Part shown: in pieces, positions 29,987-37,618 of the stretch | Layout: every line of letters starts with the position of its first letter | Numbering within the stretch: position 1 is the stretch's first letter | NCBI GenBank assembly: GCA_015523445.1 | Contig: WAKG01000085.1 | Coordinates: forward strand, 1-62,812 | Reading direction: 5' to 3' | Length of the DNA: 62,812 bases | Source of the DNA: Desulfurococcales archaeon | GTDB lineage: Archaea > Thermoproteota > Thermoprotei_A > Sulfolobales > Acidilobaceae | The notes under the pieces: generated by a model | The model's input: only the letters and a program-made list of their open reading frames with translations | Database searches by the model: none | Told to the model about the DNA's origin: nothing | Made by a program: the position numbers and the translations under genes

Positions 29987-31480
29987 ATGACTAAGGCTAG
30001 GCATAAAGCCTCTAAGAAAAGGAAAACGAGTCCACTATATATGATATCAAAAATAAAAATAAAAAATTTTAAAAACATAAAAGAAACAGATATTACTCTA
30101 TTGCCTGGCGTAAATATTTTAGTGGGCCCTAATGCAAGTGGTAAAACTAGTATTTTGGAAGCAACATATTTCCTTTATAAAGCGTTAATAGATGCTGCCG
30201 AAAAGACTCCCTATCGCCCTCATATTCCTGAATATTGGAGTGGATTAGATCTCATACATGGCAAAGATCCAAATAAGAATATAGAAATAGGAATAACATT
30301 AAATGTATATTTACCATCTAATAAAAATGATAAATGGTGCCATGAAACGATAGAAGGAGTTGTGGTATTTGGATATGATGCACAGCGGGATACAATCTTG
30401 CCAATCGAATATAATTTTCTAATAAGTAATTATTTATATTTAAAAATAAATACTAACTCTATAGAAATTATAATGAATAAAGAATCCTGGGAAGCATCCG
30501 GCAAACCTGGCCGTAATAGTGCATCGTCAATAATTGAGAAAAAGAATAAAGTTATACTTACATATAATATAGATCCAAGAAGAATAACATCAGTCTTTCT
30601 TCATCCAAGAGCTATAATATCTATGTATGAAACAGATTTTCATATTATTAATTATGCAATTAAGAAGAAAGGTGATAACAGGTCATCTTATAAAGTTAGC
30701 TTTATAAGGTTTCCCCTCTTGGATATTGAAATACCTGTTGTGTTAAGGCCCTTTACTGAGTGTTCCGAAGAAGCCAAGGGAATACCCGTTTCATGGGACA
30801 ATATGTTGTTAAACTTTTTGCTTAGTAAGGTAGATTATCTAGATCCTTCACTTGCTATATCATTATTATTTGATGCCATTCGTAAAATTGTATTTTTGCG
30901 ACATCCCGATGCGGGTGCTCTTCGCGAGCCTAGGCCTTTTACTGGAAGCAATAGATTGAATCCAAGGGCTCAGAATCTCGCAGAAGTTCTCTTAACCCTT
31001 CATGGCAGGCTCGGACGTATGCCAGAGAGACTTGAGGAACTCATCTCTAAGGCATTTCCCGAATTTAGGGTTTGGGTTGACTCAAAGTTTGGCCGTGTCG
31101 TATTGATGTCTGAATGGAGAGGTATAGAGATGCCTCCTCCAAACCTTCCAGATGGCCTCATAAAAACTCTGGCAATAGGTGCGGCTATTGAGCTAGGTCC
31201 TAGTTTATTGCTTATAGATGAGATAGAGAACAGTCTGCATGCTAATCTATTAGAAATCATTATCGATGAATTAAACCAGTTACCGGTCCCCGTGATAGCA
31301 GCTACACATAGTCCTATTCCTGTTGATATTGTTGGACCTGAAAGGACTATTGTAGTCTTATCTGAAAGAGATGGAGTAGTAGTTGAGAGGATAAGAGATC
31401 CGGTGAAACTTAGAAAATCCTTAGCAGAGCATGGTGTTACTTTCAGTGACTATATTTATGGGGTGACAGTTAAAGATTGA
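29987..31480 (+). CDS. ABC/SMC-type P-loop ATPase (AAA_21/OLD-ATPase-like), candidate defence ATPase
   Basis: N-terminus MISKIKIKNFKNIKETDITLLPGVNILVGPNASGKTSILEA (Walker A at 30125-30151). Signature-like PDGLIKTLAIGAAI. Walker B SLLLIDEIENSLH (D at 31217-31219). H-loop IAATHSP. The likely true start is the internal ATG 30041. Confidence 0.8.
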   Translation: MTKARHKASKKRKTSPLYMISKIKIKNFKNIKETDITLLPGVNILVGPNASGKTSILEATYFLYKALIDAAEKTPYRPHIPEYWSGLDLIHGKDPNKNIEIGITLNVYLPSNKNDKWCHETIEGVVVFGYDAQRDTILPIEYNFLISNYLYLKINTNSIEIIMNKESWEASGKPGRNSASSIIEKKNKVILTYNIDPRRITSVFLHPRAIISMYETDFHIINYAIKKKGDNRSSYKVSFIRFPLLDIEIPVVLRPFTECSEEAKGIPVSWDNMLLNFLLSKVDYLDPSLAISLLFDAIRKIVFLRHPDAGALREPRPFTGSNRLNPRAQNLAEVLLTLHGRLGRMPERLEELISKAFPEFRVWVDSKFGRVVLMSEWRGIEMPPPNLPDGLIKTLAIGAAIELGPSLLLIDEIENSLHANLLEIIIDELNQLPVPVIAATHSPIPVDIVGPERTIVVLSERDGVVVERIRDPVKLRKSLAEHGVTFSDYIYGVTVKD

Positions 31481-32019
31481 ACTATAGTTTGCGTATAGTT
31501 GCTGTGGAGGATACGTATGGCGTCGGGTTCCACAATGAGCTGATATCGTGGCTTATAGGCTCGAGTATCTTGTGCAATAGCCGCCCTAGGATTAGAAGGA
31601 TGCCTGCTAAAAAGTGTAATCATGCTCTCTATAGAAAGCTTGTTGGCATAGCTCTGGCTAAAGCATTTAATAATTGGAAGATATTAGTTGTAATCGATTC
31701 TGAAGGCAGGGCCCCAGAGGAGGCTTCAAGGCAGGACGTATTATCCCACATTCAAAAAGGAGTTGAGGAGCACTTTCGCGTTGCCGTTGTAGAGCCCCTC
31801 CATGAAGCGTGGGTTTGTCTGGGTCTCGGAGGCCCTAGGGCCATCTGTAGATCTGGAAAGGGTGCTATCAGATTTATAGAGACTACTCTGGGAGTTAGGT
31901 ACGAGAAGAGATTACTCGAGAAGATACCGAAAATGCGGGAATTTACATTTTCAAGGCTTCTTGAGGAACGTGATTTTCAAGTATACATCCAAGGCTTGAA
32001 GTGGCTCCTGGATTGTTGA
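31477..32019 (+). CDS. Small TOPRIM-like (DUF4276/RloB/DUF4435-like) protein, putative nuclease partner of the ATPase
   Basis: TTG start overlaps the ATPase TGA (TTGA), preceded by GGGGTGA. Motif order: RIVAVEDTYG (E11 at 31507-31509), KILVVIDSEG (D74 at 31696-31698), VAVVEPLHEAWVCLG. This E...DxE/D...ExW arrangement is the pattern I recall for small TOPRIM-like partners of AAA_21 ATPases. Confidence 0.5.
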   Translation: MNYSLRIVAVEDTYGVGFHNELISWLIGSSILCNSRPRIRRMPAKKCNHALYRKLVGIALAKAFNNWKILVVIDSEGRAPEEASRQDVLSHIQKGVEEHFRVAVVEPLHEAWVCLGLGGPRAICRSGKGAIRFIETTLGVRYEKRLLEKIPKMREFTFSRLLEERDFQVYIQGLKWLLDC

Positions 32020-32159
32020 GAATATGCTAAATCAGTAGGTATCTTAGCTAGCCTTACATTTTTAGATTTAGATCTATAGTGTCTGTAGTTTTTAAGCTTG
32101 TGTTTACCAACTGTACATTTCCTACATGTCTCACTACTATAGCCCTTAGCCTGCTAATA

Positions 32160-33263
32160 GTGGCTGGGGGCTTAGAGTTGAGGCCTAGGGAGCTGCTGGA
32201 GAGGCTAGCCGATAAGGTGCGGGAGGACAAGGTTCTGGGGGGTATGACTCCTAGGCCGCCGCCTGACGTGTTGGAGGTTTGCCGTCTTTACTCTTGGCAG
32301 AATATGGGTGATCCCGAGTCTTACACGGCCTCTAGGGAGGCGGCTAGTTACATAGTCTCTACCGCGAGCCTAGCTGTGTTTGGCATGGAATATCCGGGCT
32401 GGGTGACCAGCGGGGCGAGCGAGGGGAACCTGCTGGCTCTTTATGCGCTCCGGGAGATGGGATACAGTAAGGTCCTCTACTTCCAGTCGGCTCACTACTC
32501 TATACCGAAATCTGCTAGGATACTCGGCATGAGGGCTGAGCCGCTACCCGTGGCAGGGGGCTACGAGCCGCTCCTAGGCGAGCTCAAGTCCAGGCTTAGG
32601 GAGGGTGACATAGTTGTGGCCACTGTGGGCACCACTGAGACCGGGTATATTGACCCGGTGCTTGAGGTGGCGGAGACTGCGGAGGCCCGGGGGGCTGTGG
32701 TCCATGTTGACGCGGCCTTCGCAGGCCCCATAATGCGATACCTAGGCGATGGTAAGGTGCCTAGGAGGCTGAGAGGGGCGGTTGCAAGTATTGTTATGGA
32801 TATGCATAAGATCCCGGAGGCCCCCGCAGGGGTCGGCCTACTGCTGGCTAGAGACAGGGAGTTTATAGAGTTCCTATACCATAGTGCGCCCTACATACCC
32901 TCGGGCCGCCAATTCGGGGTTCTCGGGACCAGGAATGGGGGTCCCGTGGTGGCTGCTGCCTACGCCCTCTCTAAGATGGTTGAGTATGGTGTTGAGAGGC
33001 TGGCCTCAGAGCTGATGAGGGCCTCCGAGACGCTGGTATCAGTGCTGGAGCCCCACGGTTATGGAGTGCTTCACGGGGTGGAGACACCTATACTATGCCT
33101 TATACACCCCAGCCACAACAGTGTCTTCATGAGGCTAGGTGAGATGGGCTATAGAGCCTACAGGTGCCTCGGCGGTAGGGGGGTTAGGATGGCTGTTATG
33201 CCACACCTACTACCTGAGCTCGGCGAGGTGGCTAGGATCCTTGCCAGGGCAGCAGGGGGATGA
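32160..33263 (+). CDS. mfnA: PLP-dependent group II decarboxylase (MfnA-like tyrosine/aspartate decarboxylase)
   Basis: GWVTSGASEGNLLAL, VHVDAAFAGP, and the lysine motif MDMHKIPEAPAGVGLL...GTRNGGP. The track ORF starts at 32079, but its first ~27 codons lie in AT-rich DNA. GTG 32160 or TTG 32178 are more plausible starts. Confidence 0.8.
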   Translation: MAGGLELRPRELLERLADKVREDKVLGGMTPRPPPDVLEVCRLYSWQNMGDPESYTASREAASYIVSTASLAVFGMEYPGWVTSGASEGNLLALYALREMGYSKVLYFQSAHYSIPKSARILGMRAEPLPVAGGYEPLLGELKSRLREGDIVVATVGTTETGYIDPVLEVAETAEARGAVVHVDAAFAGPIMRYLGDGKVPRRLRGAVASIVMDMHKIPEAPAGVGLLLARDREFIEFLYHSAPYIPSGRQFGVLGTRNGGPVVAAAYALSKMVEYGVERLASELMRASETLVSVLEPHGYGVLHGVETPILCLIHPSHNSVFMRLGEMGYRAYRCLGGRGVRMAVMPHLLPELGEVARILARAAGG

Positions 33264-33266
33264 GGT

Positions 33267-34028
33267 ATGGAGGGTTTGGACGAGTTCAAGAAGGCTATAG
33301 CTAAGTATGGCCACTTCTTCAAGCATGCTAGGGTTGATAAAGCCCAGGCCATAAGCGTGGAGGAGATCCAGCAGACCATCGCCTCCAGGGCCCGGGTAGA
33401 ACTGGATACAGGTAGAAGCCTCGAGGAGAACGTGGAATATCTTAACTCCAAGGGGCTCCTAGCCCAGTGGGCGGCTGAGATCGGTGGTAGAATAGGGGAT
33501 AAGGTGGATAACCCGGGTAAGGCCCTGGAGGCTGCGCTGGAGGGGAGGCTGGAGGAACAGGGGGCAAGGGCAATGCTACTGGCGATACAAGCAGTGGCCA
33601 GGTCCTATGCCGACAAGCTCCTAGAGAGGGGTGTAGGCTACGAGCCCTCTGCCAGATGCCCCGTGTGCGGCCTTGAGAGCAGGACCATGGTTAGGAGGGG
33701 TAGGTGGTTTAACATGATATGCCACTTCTGCGGGTACGAGTGGAGGGTGTCCAACAGGATGGTGTGCCCCTACTGTGGGGAATCCAACCCCGTGGCAGTG
33801 GGAGTCTATGGGGATAAGGCGAGGAGGGTTATGCTGGCCAAGTGCCACACCTGCAACTCTACCTGGAGGGTTGTTATGGACGAGACGATCAGAGCCCCCA
33901 GGATACTACTCCCCCTGATCGCCCTCAAGGCCGAGCAGTTCCAGGTCTTCGCCAACCTCGGCAGCGGTAGAGGAGACGCAGGCCTGGAATGGAGCCAGAT
34001 ACATGCCGAGGGTGGCTATGAAGAGTAG
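33267..34028 (+). CDS. FdhE-like four-CxxC zinc/iron-binding protein (paralogue 1)
   Basis: CPVCG-x19-CHFCGYEWRV-x5-CPYCG-x23-CHTCNSTWRV reproduces the FdhE rubredoxin-like arrangement (CPVCG...C..C..EW.V.R..C..C...C..C). Confidence 0.6.
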   Translation: MEGLDEFKKAIAKYGHFFKHARVDKAQAISVEEIQQTIASRARVELDTGRSLEENVEYLNSKGLLAQWAAEIGGRIGDKVDNPGKALEAALEGRLEEQGARAMLLAIQAVARSYADKLLERGVGYEPSARCPVCGLESRTMVRRGRWFNMICHFCGYEWRVSNRMVCPYCGESNPVAVGVYGDKARRVMLAKCHTCNSTWRVVMDETIRAPRILLPLIALKAEQFQVFANLGSGRGDAGLEWSQIHAEGGYEE

Positions 34029-34415
34029 CGGCCTATAGGCCTGGGAGCACCGCGTCTCTTCTAGGACCTTACCAGTCGTGTACTCCAGGGAGTCCTTGAG
34101 CACCTTGGCAATAAGCAGTACACCGGCTAGGGTGAAGAATAGCCCGGTTAAGGCGCTTGACACGAAAAGGTTCCTCAGAGTCCTAACCCTACCGGTCCTG
34201 GTAAGGTCCTCAAACCTCTTTACATGTAGCAGCGTATAGATCTCGAACATGCCCCCTACAAGGGCCATGCCCACAGAGGTAGATGTCAGTATAGACTGGA
34301 ACGGAGGACTGGGAAGTATTGACCCGAGGACGGCAACCCATATTGATGAGGCCATGAGTACTGGGCCAGCTATACTAGCCCTCTCCAGACCATATTCATC
34401 CACCCGCTCCACCAC
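33906..34415 (-). CDS. Small integral membrane protein (about 4 TM), last gene of the NurA/HerA/MBL operon
   Basis: Hydrophobic segments AGPVLMASSIWVAVLGSIL, VGMALVGGMFEIYTLL, SALTGLFFTLAGVLLIAKVL and LLFIATLGMYLAPF. The start overlaps the MBL gene end by 20 nt. The 3' end overlaps the convergent FdhE-like gene. Confidence 0.5.
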   Translation of the reverse strand: MVERVDEYGLERASIAGPVLMASSIWVAVLGSILPSPPFQSILTSTSVGMALVGGMFEIYTLLHVKRFEDLTRTGRVRTLRNLFVSSALTGLFFTLAGVLLIAKVLKDSLEYTTGKVLEETRCSQAYRPLLFIATLGMYLAPFQACVSSTAAEVGEDLELLGLEGDQGE

Positions 34416-35397
34416 CCACCACCGGCCTGGCGAAGGACCTTATACCTAGAACCCTCTCCAGGTATCTAGCTGTAAACCACGCGTCTTTCCCCCTATAAGC
34501 ATCCACTACAACCATTCTAGGCGAGGCCTCCCTCACGTACTCCACGATCTCCCTAAACGTGGCGTGGTCGCTGAAGGAGACATTATACACGTTATCCGCA
34601 ACCCTAGCGGCCGGGGCCCTCAGCTCCCACCCCGTCAACACTATATGGGTCCCTGGGAGCCTCCTCTTACCCCTAGACCTTGAGGCGTGCATGAAGAGGA
34701 CCACCGACTCCCCATGCTCCCTCCCAGTGTAAACCCTCACATCATCCAGCTGGTACCCGTAGAACTCCGCCGCGACCCTGGCGAGCTTCACGGTCTTCTC
34801 ATCAGCGATGAAGGGATAGGTTACACCCCGCCTCCTAAGCTCTACCATTACCTCCTGAAGCTTCCCATTGTACCCATAGACCCACACAGGGCCCCGGGAT
34901 ATGTTATCCTCTATCAGGCTCACCAGGGCTGCCAGGGCGTCCCACTCCCCCCACCTCCTCTGTAGCCTAGGGCTCCCATAGGTAGCGTCTATAACTAGCA
35001 CGTCGAGGCCTTGCATGGGAGGGGTGCCTGGCATCTTAAAGTCACCCGTATACCCTACCACTCCACCCCTGCACTCGACGAGGACCTGGCTACTACCCGC
35101 TATATGCCTGGCAATCTTTAGCTCTAGGACCTCGTCCTCCAAAGCTATCCTCCTATCATAGGGGAGCTCCAGCCTCTTCGCCTCTGGCACTTTCTGGCCA
35201 AGGATCTCGAGGAACCTGAAGGTAGTTGGCGTGGCTATTATGAAGAGGCTCTCCCTCACGCTCCTCGAGAGGCCCATAGTGTGGTCTGAGTGGGCGTGGG
35301 TGACGACCCTATAGGGCCTAGGCCAGAACGAGTCTGCAACCACCCCCTCCCCAAGCAGCACAGCACCCCTGCCAGCAACATCAGCAGTGCATGCCAT
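34396..35397 (-). CDS. Short beta-CASP-type metallo-beta-lactamase-fold nuclease
   Basis: HxHxDH as VVTHAHSDHTMG, later H (IARHIAGS) and D (YTGDFK). beta-CASP-like motif A is VIDATYGSP and motif B is SFSDHATFREIVEYV. 333 aa. Confidence 0.75.
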   Translation of the reverse strand: MACTADVAGRGAVLLGEGVVADSFWPRPYRVVTHAHSDHTMGLSRSVRESLFIIATPTTFRFLEILGQKVPEAKRLELPYDRRIALEDEVLELKIARHIAGSSQVLVECRGGVVGYTGDFKMPGTPPMQGLDVLVIDATYGSPRLQRRWGEWDALAALVSLIEDNISRGPVWVYGYNGKLQEVMVELRRRGVTYPFIADEKTVKLARVAAEFYGYQLDDVRVYTGREHGESVVLFMHASRSRGKRRLPGTHIVLTGWELRAPAARVADNVYNVSFSDHATFREIVEYVREASPRMVVVDAYRGKDAWFTARYLERVLGIRSFARPVVGGGAGG

Positions 35398-35457
35398 AGC
35401 TACTATCCGCCCCAGGTTGGCATAAGGGGCCCCCGGTAGTTATATGGGGTGAAACAC

Positions 35458-37614
35458 CTATCCCGCCAGCCTCAGCCTATCCACCATAACCAGTAGGGGT
35501 ACCCGCCTCTCTGGCGCTGCCAGGCCGGTTACAAGTGCCTCCCCCATACTAGGCTCTAGGTCGGGTAGCCTATCGACTATATCGCTAGCAGCACTCTCTA
35601 CCCCCCTCTTTATCGTTGACAGGTCGTCAGGGTTAGTTGTCCTCAAGAGTATGCTGGACGCCGTCTGGCTAAGCACGCCGGGGTCCACGAAGGCTGGCCT
35701 CTGGGTTACTAGCCACATACTCAACCCCCACTTCCTCCCCTCCCTGGCTACCCGTAGGAGTGATGCCTTGCTGGCCCTCTCCACCCCGGCCGGGGCTAGG
35801 TTGTGTGCCTCCTCCACGACAAGCACGGTTAGCCTCCTAGGATCGTAATCTCCCACGTGTAGATTGAACAGCCTCCTTATCAGGGTTGAGAGTAGCAGAT
35901 CCACGTTGCCAGTGCTGGGCGGGGCTAGGTGCACTATGGAGAAGCCCTCCATAAGCCTGCTCATAAGTGCATCGAATATGAGAGGATCCACCACGTCGCT
36001 GGTCATACCAGCTACCTTACGGAGCCTCCTGAGCACTCCACTCAATATGTGATCACTGTACTCGGTAGTCCTCAGATAGTATATAGCATCAGACAGCCGT
36101 GCCCTCGCCTCCCCCACGCCATCTGGGCTCCCAAGGAGGCTACAGAGCGCCTGCTTCTCCCCCGCTCTGGCTGGATCGGCGTATCCAAGCCTGTAGGAGA
36201 GCCAGGCAAGGTAGCGGAGGAGGGGGAAGAAGTACTTCCTGCCGCTCTTGGCATCTCCAGCCAGTATGATGCCCAGCTCGTCTTCAGGCTTCTTATCTTG
36301 GGCGCCGCACCAAAGTATCATAGCGTCGAGGATCTTCCCAGCCCTACCTTCGGCGTCTCTCCTGGTCGATATGCCTCCGGTGAGCCTTCTGTTGAGGTGT
36401 GCATCTAGCAGAGCGTTCATGAGGGTGACCCCATAGATGTCATGGCCACTGTAGAGGTCTAGGGCTGATGCTAGGTCGGATACTATTAGGGGGAAGTACT
36501 CGCTGGTGGCCCCGCTAACCTCGATCATCTCCTCCACATCCATGAAGCCGGGCAGGGGGAGGAGTATAACCAGGCTCCTGCTATCCCTGATCAGCCTGTA
36601 AGCATCATTATACCTAGCCTTGGAGGGCTGGAGCCCCGAGCAGCCTGGGGTGGCCCTTGACATAGCCCTATCCTTGTCGAAAAAGGCCAGCACATCTACA
36701 CTCGAGCCTAGCCTTGGGGTCAGGGAGAGGCTGCAGGCCATATCAGCAAGTCCATTCCACAGGTACTCCCTCTGCACTTGAGCTCCTGCACGGGAGGCCT
36801 CGTATGGTACTATGATAGTGAGGCGCCCCGGCTGCCTGCCTCCGCCATACTTCTCTGGCATCATCACAGCGTCTAGGAGGGGCACCGTGTCCTCCCTTAG
36901 GTAGGGGTACCCGGTGTATTCCCCGGCTATGTCGAATACTATTATCCCGCCCCTAGGGTAGCCTATCCTATCCCTCCTCGAGGAGACCTCGTATACCAGC
37001 CTCTTCACGGTCTCCGTCTTACCGCTACCCGTCTGGCCCAGTATTGATAGGTGGGTTGTTAGCCTGTCTGGGTTCAGGTAGATCCTGACCTCCCTATTGT
37101 AGCTTAGCCTGCCCAGGTAGAGGCCGCTCTCAGAGTAGTCCCCTCCGAGCCGGTGGTGGAGGAGGCTCTCAAGCCTCAAAGGGTCGGGATACTGGATCCT
37201 GCTGAAGGGCCGGGGCGGCCTGTCATAGGGTTCCAGCCTCTCCCCATCGCCAGCCCTTACGACGTGGCCTAGGACGTTCAGCTCGACCTTCATTATACTG
37301 CTCCACCTGACTAGCTCCTGGCCGGGGCTCATTATCTCCTCCAGCACCCTGACAGCATCCTCCAGCCTGGTGGCTCCTATGGACTCGTAGATCCTTCTGA
37401 GCCTCTCAACGTCTAGGGCCGGGTGGGGAGTCTCCTCCTTCACATCTGTGATCATGGCTAGGTACCTGTCCCCCGAGGTCCTATCGCTGACCTCGACGAG
37501 CGTGCCGTACCTTACCACAGCCTCGGCCGGCCTCAGGAGTATGCCCTGCACGCGGCCATAAGCCTCTATACTAGTCGTGAAGCCAGTAAGCCTATCCTCA
37601 GCCACGATACCCAC
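35458..37614 (-). CDS. HerA/DUF87-family (FtsK-HerA superfamily) ATPase, long form
   Basis: Walker A ILGQTGSGKTE (aa 191-201), HerA-typical IIVFDIAGEY, Walker B LTVLVVEEAHNLAP (aa 595-608), then REGRKWGLSMWLVTQRP. N-terminal HAS-barrel-like region. Confidence 0.85.
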   Translation of the reverse strand: MGIVAEDRLTGFTTSIEAYGRVQGILLRPAEAVVRYGTLVEVSDRTSGDRYLAMITDVKEETPHPALDVERLRRIYESIGATRLEDAVRVLEEIMSPGQELVRWSSIMKVELNVLGHVVRAGDGERLEPYDRPPRPFSRIQYPDPLRLESLLHHRLGGDYSESGLYLGRLSYNREVRIYLNPDRLTTHLSILGQTGSGKTETVKRLVYEVSSRRDRIGYPRGGIIVFDIAGEYTGYPYLREDTVPLLDAVMMPEKYGGGRQPGRLTIIVPYEASRAGAQVQREYLWNGLADMACSLSLTPRLGSSVDVLAFFDKDRAMSRATPGCSGLQPSKARYNDAYRLIRDSRSLVILLPLPGFMDVEEMIEVSGATSEYFPLIVSDLASALDLYSGHDIYGVTLMNALLDAHLNRRLTGGISTRRDAEGRAGKILDAMILWCGAQDKKPEDELGIILAGDAKSGRKYFFPLLRYLAWLSYRLGYADPARAGEKQALCSLLGSPDGVGEARARLSDAIYYLRTTEYSDHILSGVLRRLRKVAGMTSDVVDPLIFDALMSRLMEGFSIVHLAPPSTGNVDLLLSTLIRRLFNLHVGDYDPRRLTVLVVEEAHNLAPAGVERASKASLLRVAREGRKWGLSMWLVTQRPAFVDPGVLSQTASSILLRTTNPDDLSTIKRGVESAASDIVDRLPDLEPSMGEALVTGLAAPERRVPLLVMVDRLRLAG

Positions 37615-37618
37615 ACCC

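Noticed and set aside
32079-32159. N-terminal 27 codons of the track ORF for the decarboxylase
   Set aside because: This part lies in the AT-rich island boundary, encodes a hydrophobic peptide not found in group II decarboxylases, and is followed by in-frame GTG and TTG codons at the point where composition and homology-like sequence begin.
29708-32159. Integrated mobile element with att sites or an integrase
   Set aside because: I searched both AT-rich flanks by eye for direct repeats or a tRNA fragment. I found only short A/T-rich matches (such as ACTATAG and AATTTATAAT), which are expected by chance. No integrase or transposase ORF is present, so I describe it only as a low-GC insertion.
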